Part shown: positions 10,640 to 21,100 of the stretch, in pieces
Position numbering within the stretch: the first letter of the stretch is position 1
How the letters are laid out: each line of letters begins with the position of its first letter
Source of the DNA: Selaginella moellendorffii
Taxonomy: Eukaryota > Plantae > Lycopodiophyta
Direction: 5' to 3'
DNA length: 64,000 nucleotides
Assembly: GCF_000143415.4 (NCBI RefSeq)
Contig: NW_003314304.1
Location: 1,354,841 to 1,418,840, forward strand
The notes under the pieces: model-generated
What the model saw: only the letters and a program-made list of their open reading frames with translations
Told to the model about the DNA's origin: nothing
Databases searched by the model: none
Made by a program: the position numbers and the translations under genes

Positions 10640-12790
10640 ATTATTAAATTTGGATAATCAATTCTAAAACTTTTAACTGATAGGTAAACTTTTATTTATA
10701 TGCCCTTTCCCTCTATATTCAAATCTTAATGGATTATTTTTGAGTAATTATTTTTATTTTATTTTAATTTACCACACTTTCTTGCAAATTTATGCCATTA
10801 TGAATGGAAGTTAAGGATCATAACTCCCTTGAAAGTTTTTCTTTTTTGACACTTTAGCCCAATTAAACCAACTAAACATCTAAATATCAATATCAACATG
10901 TGGTGTGATTCTCTAAGTTAACCAATAAAGTTGCATTTGAAATCCCTTTGATATTAAATATAACCTCTTAAATTTAAACTTCACATAAGGTAACCCAACT
11001 CAGTATTATTTAAAATAAAAAATATTTAATCCAAAATATTTAAATACTTTTAACCTAATACTATTCAAATTTAATAAAATTTAACCCTAAGTACTTCAAA
11101 ACCATTAACTAATATAAAAAGGGGTGCAATTTTTTTCATATGCCTTTCCCCTCTATATATTTGAGTTATTCTCTTTCGTTGTTTATATTAAAGAAGTTAT
11201 AATTAATCTTTATAGTTTTGTATTTCCAAGCATGCAAAACAAGTGAGTAAAAGTCAGTATTTCATCCCTCATAAGATAAAATAATATCTAAAGTAAAATC
11301 TAAAACATCTTCCTTTATGAAATATGCTTTTATGTTGTTTGGATGGATAAAAAAAATTTAAGAGTTTAAAAGAAATCCAGGTAGTAAAAGATAACACAAA
11401 AAATGTATCTTTTATGGTGATAGTGATTTTAGAAAAACTTAAATAAAAAATCAATAAAAGTTAGTAAAGCAAAGGAAACATTTCATAAACAAAAGTTGGG
11501 TATTACCAATTAAAAATAGTGAGAATTTTAGTATAATCCATGATTATGCCATATAAAAAAATAATATAGCCTCAAAATTACACCAAATCTTGACTAAAAA
11601 AAATTTCTTTAACTTTATAACAAAACTGTACTATGAAATTGGCATTGGAAAACAAGGAGAACAAAAAAATCAAGAAAATCATAAAAGATATTATTTACCA
11701 TATATTAACACAAATAAGGGTATTAATAAAACTAAAATTTATAATTATATACTTAAAGTGGCCATGAGTGCAAAAAATTATTATCCACTCCATCACCCTT
11801 CAAAATATAAATAAATTTATAAGTGTCCGTAAATTAATTCTAATGAAAAATCAAACTTTAAAAAGACGCTTCAACATTTTAGTGATTAGTAGAATTGGGT
11901 ATCTATAGTTTTATTCAAGTCACAGTAGTCAACCACCGAATAAAGAGACCCAGAATTTTTCAACATAAAGAAAATAGATACATTAATTAATAATTAATAG
12001 GCATTTAGAAAGATTCCCCTTTATATGTTTACGTAATGTTTTTTTGTTAGTCAAAGATTATATATGGGACCAAATGATAGTGATTTCTCTATCACAAGAT
12101 TTGTAAAACAATTATAAAATTGACGCAATAGTAAGATGTAAAATATTTAACAAATCAATATACTTGGAGGAAGGAGTGGATTTAATCCTAATAAATGGAG
12201 TTAGTACTAAAAAAATAACAATTGCAAAAATGAAAAAAAAATCTTAAATTGCATCATCTCAAAACTCATAGAAATATTTAAATTAGAAAAGTTAAAAAAA
12301 AACACTTGGATAAGGGAAGAATGTCCAATTAACATCACACCACTTCCAATTTAATATTTAATTTATTAATTAAAACTAAAGAATCAAGATTTTAAAGATG
12401 AAAATAACATTGAAAAAAATATTTTAACGAGTCCAAATACTCGTTACTCGGAAATACATTTTTCGACAACATCGGAAAATGCTAAGTCAAGTGAGCAGTT
12501 ATCCACTACTTTAATACAAATTAAATATTGTGCTGGTTAAAGGAAAATACCATAAAAAATTTAGCTCCATTGTCACATAAAACTCTAAAAAAAACATAAA
12601 ATTCATGGACTAAATATGAGTAGTAATATGAAAAATTTAGAAAGTACTATTGAAACTCAAAAATACCTTAACTTAAATATCTTTAAAAATTTAATCAATT
12701 AAAAAAATGGGTGCATTTTTATTTATGGGGAATTTCCTTTTATATTTTAACTTTAATGGATCATCTCTAAAGTTGTTCCTTTGGTTGTTT
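10640..12790 (-). mobile_element. Heavily AT-decayed Cassandra-like TRIM LTR remnants (approx. 10640-10760, 10960-11190, 12640-12790)
   Basis: GGTAACCCAACTCAGTATTATT...AAAAGGGGTGCAATTTTTTTCATATGCCTTTCCCCTCTATATAT aligns by eye to the reverse complement of the LTR at 63562-63755. Confidence 0.45.
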
Positions 12791-13180
12791 AAATTTCTTA
12801 AAACTTTATTATTAATAGATTGCTTATATAATTTTTAGAGTATCAAAATTTGATATGAGCTAAAGAAACTCTTGAAGTGAATTTTACATAAACAAAATAT
12901 ATATGTAAATTGTGTGATTTTGCAAGATACTACTAAAGCTACTAAATAAATTACTATACCATGAAAGGAGGTACAATGACATGTTGAAAAGTGTTATTAA
13001 CAAATGTAATTAGCAAAAATGATAAAATAAGAACAAGATATTGTCTTTAAATTCTAAGAGTAAATTTTAAATAGTTTATAATATATTTTCAATATATATA
13101 ATTTTTATATAAGGTTTTACAAAATATTGGAAAAATATTGGAAAAATATCTTATTGTCATCAGCTATAACCACAGTCACG

Positions 13181-13280
13181 NNNNNNNNNNNNNNNNNNNN
13201 NNNNNNNNNNNNNNNNNNNNNNNNNNNNNNNNNNNNNNNNNNNNNNNNNNNNNNNNNNNNNNNNNNNNNNNNNNNNNNNN
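13181..13280. other. Assembly gap (100 N)
   Basis: Run of N. Confidence 1.
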
Positions 13281-13318
13281 ATATATCAAAAAATGAGGAG
13301 AGTCTTTTATATCTCTTT

Positions 13319-13427
<109 letters not shown>

Positions 13428-14428
13428 GTTTTATATAAAAAGGGCAATATTAAAAAGTTGGATATAAATAGTTTGAAAAGTATTAAAAAGTTTTTTATTA
13501 AAAAATAACATAGTCTTTAAAAAAATTAAAGATTTTGTAAAATTAATGATAAATTCTATTAACTAATGGGAATATAATCCAAAACAAAATAAAATTTAAA
13601 ATATATTATTGAACATGCTTAAAAATGTTGCAGTTGGTGGTATTTTTAAAAGTATAGTTGATAAATATCTAATATAAAATTATATTTACCATTGAGAAGG
13701 GTGATAGATCTTATGAGATATAAAATGCATTTAGTAATTAATTTTTTGATAATAGTAGTTTTAAAAACAAAAAATATAGAAACAATATATTATAATTAAC
13801 TATATTACAAAATTATATTAGAAATCATATATAGTATTTTCTGTCTTCAAATAAATTTTAATATTAAATAATGTAAGGGAAACTATAATATAAAGTATTA
13901 TCATATTACATAATGAAACAATAGACAAAAATATATCAGAATACTATTACATAACCATTTCAAATGTTAGACACTGAAACTTCACACAATGAATTAATAC
14001 ATAAAACTAAATCAAGAAATATTTAAAGGACTATTACATAATCATTTCGAATTGTATACAGTAAAACTACATGCATTGTAGTTTAAATAATCCTATTAAT
14101 TTTCAAGTACTATGTATGAGCATCATAAAAGAGATTCTTTCTGCTATGGCTGATGTCAAATTGTTTGAAATTTTGGGAAACTTCGGGGCCAGCTCAAAAT
14201 AATTCTTTTGCGAATGCAAAAAAGTCTGAACAGCTACACGCTACCAACTCTTCTTTTTGTTGTAAGGGGATTTTGTCAAGAATCTCAATATGAGCCAAAA
14301 CAGATTTATGATGCAAGGTAGAATGACACATCCGATTGAGGCATACGACCCAACGAAAAGATTGCATTGCCGTTAAATTGCAGCTCCAGCAGCAGCACTC
14401 GATCCATCTTCTTTGAGCTGGTAGCAGA

Positions 14429-15343
14429 ATGAAGTTGAATTTGAATTTCAATCTGTTCTTTCTGATGCTTCCCCTGCTGGGAACCTTTGTGGGCGTTGTA
14501 GCCGCAGATTCAATTGGCGACACGCTCGGCGGCAAAGCACTGAAGACGCTCTACACAGGCGACGAGATACGATCACCAAATAGGCGCTACCAGCTGGTAA
14601 TGCAGACCGATTGCAATCTCGTCTTCTACGGCCCGCAGCGCAAGGTGATCTGGGCAAGCAACACGCAGAACGCCGGAAAGCTCTGCGTCATGAAACTCAT
14701 TGGTGGCGACACTGCAGCATACGGGAACGCTCTGCAGATCACAGACTATCAGGGGAATAGCATCTGGAGGTACAGTGAAAACAGCAACGGGGATTGCTAC
14801 CTCAAGGTGGATGACAGGGGCGCCCTGCTCTTCCCCTGTGTCAAGATCCTGAGCAACAAGACAATCACCAATCCTGGCGGGGAGGTGCTCGGATATGACA
14901 CAATCGGAGGGCCAGAGTGCCGCAAAGGAAAGATAGTCATGTTCACCGGCGACTATATCACATCCAGGAACGGAGCATATCGGCTAGTGATCCAGACCGA
15001 TTGCAATCTGGTTTTGTATCATCAGCAGACTGGATCTGCAATGTGGGCAAGCCAGACTGCGAGGAGTGGCATGCCGCTGTGCCAGGTGTTTTCGCCAGGA
15101 CCGATCAATTCTGGTGACCCGCCGATATATGATTGTTTTGGGCACTCGGTTGTCATCCAAAACTACCTCATGGAGAAGGTGTGGAGCATCCAAGGGAACG
15201 GCTACTGTGGCATTACTTTGAAGAACAACGGCCACCTCATCTTCAACTGCAAAGCATACGTCCATGACATTGGAGACCCCCGGAACAAGAAATCTGCGAT
15301 AGCTACTGTGCTTCCATTGAGGGGAACCTCCATGGAGGATTAG
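14429..15343 (+). CDS. Secreted two-domain bulb-type (GNA-related) mannose-binding lectin
   Basis: Hydrophobic signal peptide (LFFLMLPLLGTFVGVVAA); two B-lectin domains, each with a QTDCNLVxY motif and WASxT; intronless, 304 aa. Confidence 0.9.
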   Translation: MKLNLNFNLFFLMLPLLGTFVGVVAADSIGDTLGGKALKTLYTGDEIRSPNRRYQLVMQTDCNLVFYGPQRKVIWASNTQNAGKLCVMKLIGGDTAAYGNALQITDYQGNSIWRYSENSNGDCYLKVDDRGALLFPCVKILSNKTITNPGGEVLGYDTIGGPECRKGKIVMFTGDYITSRNGAYRLVIQTDCNLVLYHQQTGSAMWASQTARSGMPLCQVFSPGPINSGDPPIYDCFGHSVVIQNYLMEKVWSIQGNGYCGITLKNNGHLIFNCKAYVHDIGDPRNKKSAIATVLPLRGTSMED

Positions 15344-15445
15344 CAATGCAATACAGGTCAGGTTGATGAGTCCAGTAGGCTTGAACAGGGATACTTCCGA
15401 TCATAATCGAAGCTGGTAGAGCACAGAGCCTTCAGCAGACAGCAG

Positions 15446-15555
15446 CAGCAACACAGGGTTGCTAGGGGCAGTGGTCAAGGATCTGGGGGCCCATGTACTG
15501 CCTTCCATGGGCTCCTAGGTCCTTGAGCGCTGCCCCCAGCAACCCTGTGTTGTTG
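15446..15555 (+). other. Near-perfect 50-bp-stem hairpin (candidate pre-miRNA or foldback) 3' of the lectin
   Basis: Arm 15446-15495 pairs with 15506-15555 around a 10-nt loop, with 2 mismatches and 5 G-U pairs. Confidence 0.75.
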
Positions 15556-16251
15556 TCTGGGACCTGTCAAGTGATAAGGTATAGTGTGATCACTTATCTG
15601 AATACTTGGGAAAGTCAAGAAGTGCTGGTGGAGAAATGATCTCAAGCAATGTTCCGAGGAAAGAGAGTTACTAATGTCTTCAGAAACTTTATGCTTGGCA
15701 AGATTGTTAGGCACAAGATCAAGATGATAGGATAAAGAAAAAACTTTACAATCCCGGTTTAAAGTGTAAAAAATAAAATCCCAATAAAGATAGAGCCAAT
15801 TTTTATATGGGGTCATCAAGGAATAGTGTAGCTGAAATGGATATAGTATAGAGGGGAATCTTAACATCTAAAGTGGCTTTGTTTTAAATTGAAAGAGATA
15901 AAATATTTTTAAATCATAAACAGAGGTCATGACTATGGAAAGAAGCATCTGAGCAGCAGGCTCCTTTGAAGACAAGAACTTAGCTTAGATACGAAGAGCT
16001 CTTACTTGCTAATGATAGAGCTATTGAAAATTTTACACAAAATAACACATCGTTAGCTATTTGACACAAATAAAAGATTGATTCCAATGTAGGCCTGGAA
16101 TTACAAATAACCACTGGAGTTTCAAGAGCTTCCGAGGCTAAGGAGAGATAAGTTTGTCCAATGCTGCCCCGCTTTGGGAACAAACGCAGACCATGATCAT
16201 CTGGCACTTCTTTAAAATTCCTAACCCTAAAAAGCGAAGGCTAGGGCGAAG

Positions 16252-17610
16252 ATGGAGGAGGTCAGTCTCCTGGGTCTCCTTCGCTCCACGCTTCCAGAGG
16301 CCGAGTATCACTCCTTCGCCCATCGTTGCGCCCCACCGGAGCGGCCCTTGATCGCGCCGGATCCTCCAGGCGGCTACCAGCCATGGCCGCAGTTTCTCCA
16401 CCAGGCCGCCGCCCACCTCCACTCCACTCGCGACACCCAGGAGCCCTCCTTTCGCCCTCCTCTTCGATTCCCCGGCCCCATCGCCAGCGAGCAAGGCGTG
16501 CGCAGCCTCATCTACATGTACTGGACGATCCCAGTGGAGCAAATGGGTGCTCACATCAAGAGCCTGGGCATCACCTCCGACTCCCTCAGCTTGGCTTCGC
16601 ACGACTACCTGGACGATCTCATGGGATGGCCCGACTACATCGTCTTCTCCGGATCCGGGGACGAGAAGGCTCAGCGTTGCAGCAAGGTGATCGTCGAGGC
16701 CAAGTCGCAGCAGGCCATCCCGGGATCTCCATCCGCCAAGGAGCTCATCGCCTCCACGAACGCACAGATTGTCAACGCCTTGAGGCAGATGTATGCCTAC
16801 CTCTTCATCGCTAGCGTGTATGGCATTGGGTCCGGCTATGGCGTCCTCACCACCTTCAGTAGCACCTGGTTTTGTAAGCTGGCGGGCGATGCCATGCTCG
16901 TCTCGGATCCAGTCCGTTCCGTGGACGCCATGCCCAGCTTCTATGCGTGCTTGTGGTACTTGCTGAGCTACCTTGTCTATCGGGAGCCAGTTTCCGAGCC
17001 TCCGCAAGAGTGCCCGAGCTGCCAGGAATTCAAGCCTGAGTTGCTGCTGTCTGGGGTGCCTCTGGGGGATTCCATTGCCGGGAGGTCTAGCATCTTCTCC
17101 TATGGTGATTTTGAAGAGCTGGGTGTGTGTGTGCAAGTCGGAGAGCATTTCACTGCATCTCAAGCAACGTTCAGGGGCCAAGGAGTTACTATCAAGTATT
17201 TGGATCTGTCTCAAAAACCTTGCTACCTTGAGTTGTTTGCTCGAGAGATCCATGCTTTCAATGGGTTACTGCAGGGCTTGCAAGGGGGATGTGTGCCAGA
17301 GCTTATAGATTATGGGTTTTATCATGCGGGTATGATATTTATGCTTGTTTTTAAAGGTAGGATGGAGCCAATCTTATGGGATCATCAAGGAGAAGTTAGT
17401 GCAGCTGAAATGGCATTAGAAACATTTCATTCTAAAGGGCTTGTGCATGGGAATCTTAGTACTACCAGTTTTTATGTTGATTTTGGTGAGGAGGAAGATG
17501 GTTTGGTTAAAGTGAGACTTACTAATTTGGAAGGTGTTCATGTTTCAACTACTGATTGTGAGATTAACCTTGAAGATGAAGAGTTTGGAAAAATACTTAT
17601 GGAAAATTAA
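16252..17610 (+). CDS. Gene A1: PD-(D/E)xK nuclease + pseudokinase fusion protein (452 aa)
   Basis: Nuclease motifs SEQGVR...GWPDY...IVEAK...ALRQMYAYL...YGVLTTFSSTWF. Kinase-like C-half VTIK, AREIH, LQGGCVPELIDYG, FHSKGLVHGNL, VRLTNLE lacks the catalytic Asp and the DFG Asp. Confidence 0.8.
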   Translation: MEEVSLLGLLRSTLPEAEYHSFAHRCAPPERPLIAPDPPGGYQPWPQFLHQAAAHLHSTRDTQEPSFRPPLRFPGPIASEQGVRSLIYMYWTIPVEQMGAHIKSLGITSDSLSLASHDYLDDLMGWPDYIVFSGSGDEKAQRCSKVIVEAKSQQAIPGSPSAKELIASTNAQIVNALRQMYAYLFIASVYGIGSGYGVLTTFSSTWFCKLAGDAMLVSDPVRSVDAMPSFYACLWYLLSYLVYREPVSEPPQECPSCQEFKPELLLSGVPLGDSIAGRSSIFSYGDFEELGVCVQVGEHFTASQATFRGQGVTIKYLDLSQKPCYLELFAREIHAFNGLLQGLQGGCVPELIDYGFYHAGMIFMLVFKGRMEPILWDHQGEVSAAEMALETFHSKGLVHGNLSTTSFYVDFGEEEDGLVKVRLTNLEGVHVSTTDCEINLEDEEFGKILMEN

Positions 17611-18505
17611 CATGTTATTGTAAATGATATTTGATAAGACATTTTCACGAATATACTTTGATTTGTGTAAGAATCATAACAATATATTGTGCTCATTGTA
17701 AATTTGACAATAATTTCTTCCAAATAGTCTATAAAATTATAGGAATATGCTAGATATAAAGGTGGAAATTAAAAGATGTTTAATAAAAATATCTTTACCC
17801 AAAACTAGCAAAGATAAGAGTTTACAAAAAAATATTTTTTACAAATATATTTCTAAAAAATATTCAGAAGGCTAATTAAATAAAAATATATATAAATAAT
17901 TTGCTGCACTTGTAACAACACTTGGTTTGCTTTATTTTGAAGCAATAGCATACATACATGAGATTTCCAAGCAATAGCACATTGTAGACTAGATATTTCT
18001 TAACTTAAAGTGATTTTTATCTCCATGATAGAGCCTAGTTTTGAGATGAGAACATTCTTTTACACACAAAGATATCAAAGAGGTATGAAATTATTTTGCT
18101 CTAATAATTTTTCAATTTTTATTTTGTATCATACTTTCCAAATGTTGCTCAAATGTAAGCTCATGGGAAGAAGAAACAGAATTTTGAAATCTTCTTCTAA
18201 AGCATGTAAATTTGTCACAGGCTCCCTTTGGAAATCATCTTGTGTTCATTTTTTTTTTTTCATCACTCAAAGCTTTTGAACTAGCCAGAATTTCAAGCTA
18301 AGATCCACCACAGCATTTTGCATGGTGCTCGCACTTGTAATGACTGCCCTTCACAATCACTCTCACCAGAACGATCGTCCATGCTCTCTTCCAGTGCTAT
18401 GCATTTGATAATTTTGCCACTCAAGATGTATTATCACTCGTCAAAGTTCTCCATTTTAATCAACAGTTTTCATCTTTTTTCTTCCTTTAATTACTCTTAT
18501 ATATC

Positions 18506-18700
18506 GCGCATCACGGCGACCTGACGGTAGTGGATGTCATCCGCTTCGGGTCCACAGCGAACTCCTGTATCAAGCTCTCCCTATATACTTGAAAGCGCCG
18601 ATAAACCATTGTGCCGGAACGATGGTCACCAACCTATCGCAGAACTTTGAGCAGCAGACGAAGCTTTACTACCCAGCTCGCGGATGCGATCATGGAGAAG
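18506..18700 (-). pseudogene. Collapsed relic of an mTERF gene (many internal deletions)
   Basis: The reverse complement carries ordered blocks of the 6967-8355 gene: CTTCTCCATGATC, GCGAGCTGGG, AAAGCTTCGTC..GCTCAAAGTTCT, CCATCGTTCC, GCGCTTTCAAGTATATAGG, GGAGTTCGCT, GACATCCACTACCG. Confidence 0.8.
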
Positions 18701-18864
18701 TTTCTTGCGGATTTCAGAGATCTCTGAAGAGTACTACCTGTCCGAGGACCATACTTGCCAAATCCTCTCTCTTTAGCCTCCAACTTAGGGTTTTTAGAGC
18801 AGCGCTTCTGGGTAGATAGTCGCGATGGCGCTTCAAGGGTGATGGATGCTTCTGTGATGCTGTG

Positions 18865-20343
18865 ATGCTGACCCTGCATGAGCTCTTTCAAACAAGAGTT
18901 CCAAGGGTTGTGTACAGGCCCGGAAGAGATCTCCCCACAGACAGGGTCACAGATTCAGTCTACAAGCGAGATCCGGCTTCTGGATATCATGTATGGGACT
19001 CATTCCTAGACGAGGCAAGGGCATTTTGTGCCAATTCGGTGGATTCTCTCCCGGTGTTTGACCACCCTTTCCCTGTGGGACTCGGAGAGATCTCCTGTGA
19101 AGAAGGTGTGCGACACAACATCTATGCGTTCTTCACACGGACCCTGGTGGAGATGAACAGGGAGAGGCGCCGACGCGATCCAACAACGCCCGTGATCTTG
19201 TTTGCTGATGGATCGGCCGCAGTCATGATCGGGCATCCGGATTTCCTTCACATAGGGGCCGGAGATGAATTCTTCGCGTGCACCGAAGCGAAGAAGGAGG
19301 GTGCTTTGCCAAGCACTCTACGTGGTCAAGAATTCGCTCGGCTTGCTCAACAGGAGCCACGACAGCATCGAAAGATGCTAAACCAAGTAAACGGTTATCT
19401 ATGGCATAATCGCACCATGCATTGTGGGTATGGTGCGATCACCAACTGTAACGCTTGGTGGTTTATAAAAGTGACTCCAACCAGTGCCCTCTATGTTTCG
19501 GATCCTGTTACGTGTGATGCTGTGCCTGGAGCAAATAACATCAGCTTGCACCAAGCTTTGTGGTTTTACCACGAACTCATGTGCCAGAACACTCTCCCTC
19601 AAGATCCTCCTCCTCCAAGTGACAGTGGTGGAAGCAGTGGAGGTGAATCCTCTAGGGGCAAGAGAAGATGGGATCCTCCTGTTTACTCTATTATCCCACG
19701 ACAAAAAAGCATGCGCATTGGAGGATCTAGTGCTGGGGGAAGTGCTAGAGTGGCTAATAGGTTTTTGATGAAGAAGCTATATAGCTTATGTGAAGCTCTA
19801 GGAATATCTTCAAATCTTGTGAAGGGGTATTTCCAAATACTTGAAGCTCATGAGCATGAGGTGCTACAGTTGATTGAAGCTGAAAGGGAGCAACATGTTT
19901 TCAGAGGGAAACTCAAGGGAGATGACGTTGTTATCAAATGGTCTGATACCACAAAGTTTGAGGAAAGAGTTACTAAGTACCTTCGTGAGCTACATGCATA
20001 TGCATTACTTCGAGATTTGCAAGGGATATGCATTCCACGATTATGGGGAGCTGGATTTATAGCTGAAGGTTTAAACTTCTTTCTAGCTATGCAAGACAGT
20101 GGTGGGATCTCGATTGATAGGGAACCACATCTTCAAACCCAAGAAAAGTTTGAGGGGGCTTTGGTACGTCTGGATGCTATTCACGCGAGAGGTTTCATTC
20201 ATGGAAAGATTCAGCCTGCAAGCATATTAGTAACACGTGATGACGAGATTCGGTGGATTGCACTCTCTGAATCTAGACCAGGAAGTGCGCAAGAAATGGT
20301 CGAGGAGAGGGCTCAAATGCAACGGTTGATTCCAAGATCATAG
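18865..20343 (+). CDS. Gene B1: PD-(D/E)xK nuclease + pseudokinase fusion protein (~492 aa), paralogue of gene A
   Basis: CEEGVR...GHPDF...CTEAK...MLNQVNGYL...YGAITNCNAWWF...VSDPV; Pro/Gly/Ser linker; VVIK, LRELHAY, LQGICIPRLWG, IHARGFIHGKI, RWIALSE. Confidence 0.8.
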   Translation: MLTLHELFQTRVPRVVYRPGRDLPTDRVTDSVYKRDPASGYHVWDSFLDEARAFCANSVDSLPVFDHPFPVGLGEISCEEGVRHNIYAFFTRTLVEMNRERRRRDPTTPVILFADGSAAVMIGHPDFLHIGAGDEFFACTEAKKEGALPSTLRGQEFARLAQQEPRQHRKMLNQVNGYLWHNRTMHCGYGAITNCNAWWFIKVTPTSALYVSDPVTCDAVPGANNISLHQALWFYHELMCQNTLPQDPPPPSDSGGSSGGESSRGKRRWDPPVYSIIPRQKSMRIGGSSAGGSARVANRFLMKKLYSLCEALGISSNLVKGYFQILEAHEHEVLQLIEAEREQHVFRGKLKGDDVVIKWSDTTKFEERVTKYLRELHAYALLRDLQGICIPRLWGAGFIAEGLNFFLAMQDSGGISIDREPHLQTQEKFEGALVRLDAIHARGFIHGKIQPASILVTRDDEIRWIALSESRPGSAQEMVEERAQMQRLIPRS

Positions 20344-20559
20344 ACAAATTTTTCTTTTCTTGTATTAAAACTGTTCATTCACCATCTTTTTTTTGTACTC
20401 CAGTTAAAATTGTTCCTTTCACCATCTTTTCTTTGTATTCCAGTATCTTTGAAAAAATCTCAACCTGCAAGCACGCAGGCAATCAATCGTAACGCCTTGA
20501 CTTCTCTGTCCCATAGTCGTACTAATGTCTGATCTTTCCTTGTTGGTGTCTCTTGAATC

Positions 20560-21100
20560 ACGATTCATAGAGTTACTGGGTAGCTCTGATTCACATAGTG
20601 TTCATAGAGGATCATTACTTGTTCCCAAACGCATACCGCACGCTCATCCTCAGCGTCGTCTTTCGTAACACACAAGTTTATCTCCTGAATGGGAAACACG
20701 GACGTCAAAGATAAGAAAGAACGCTCCCTGGCAAATTATTGTGTCAAAAAAGAGTATAAAATCAGGAAGACACGTCATATTATACAACACATCGTACACA
20801 GTGGCATCGATCTTTGTACGTAGTGCTCTTACACCTTCCAAGGTGCAAGTTTCGGCAGCTGCTTCACCTCCCAGCTTGAGATGTCTCCTCTACTGCAAAG
20901 ACACGAATTAAAAAGCTCGTGAAATTACAGTGATGGCACCTGGCATGTGATGAGCTGCGAGTGTCTCTGATATTTGGTGAGATGCTTCTCGGCTAACATC
21001 ACAGCTGTGCTTCGAAATGTACCACCATCATCTACCAAATTGGCCTCTTCCAGCCTTTGGCGGATTCCATGGACCAGAAACACAAGGTGTTCCTTTGCAT
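20560..21100 (-). pseudogene. SGR2-like DDHD phospholipase A1 fragment (pseudogene), copy 1
   Basis: HLVFLVHGIRQRLEEANLVDDGGTFR...CQ, intron 20893-20939, then *RRHLKLGGEAAAETCTLEGVRALRTKIDATVYDVLY and (G)SVLSY. The conserved Trp codon is TAG. Confidence 0.8.

Noticed and set aside
16138-17253. 371-aa antisense ORF over gene A (353 aa over A2) as a possible antidote gene
   Set aside because: It mirrors the GC-rich codons of A and has no recognisable motifs. Its presence in both copies is uninformative because they are nearly identical.
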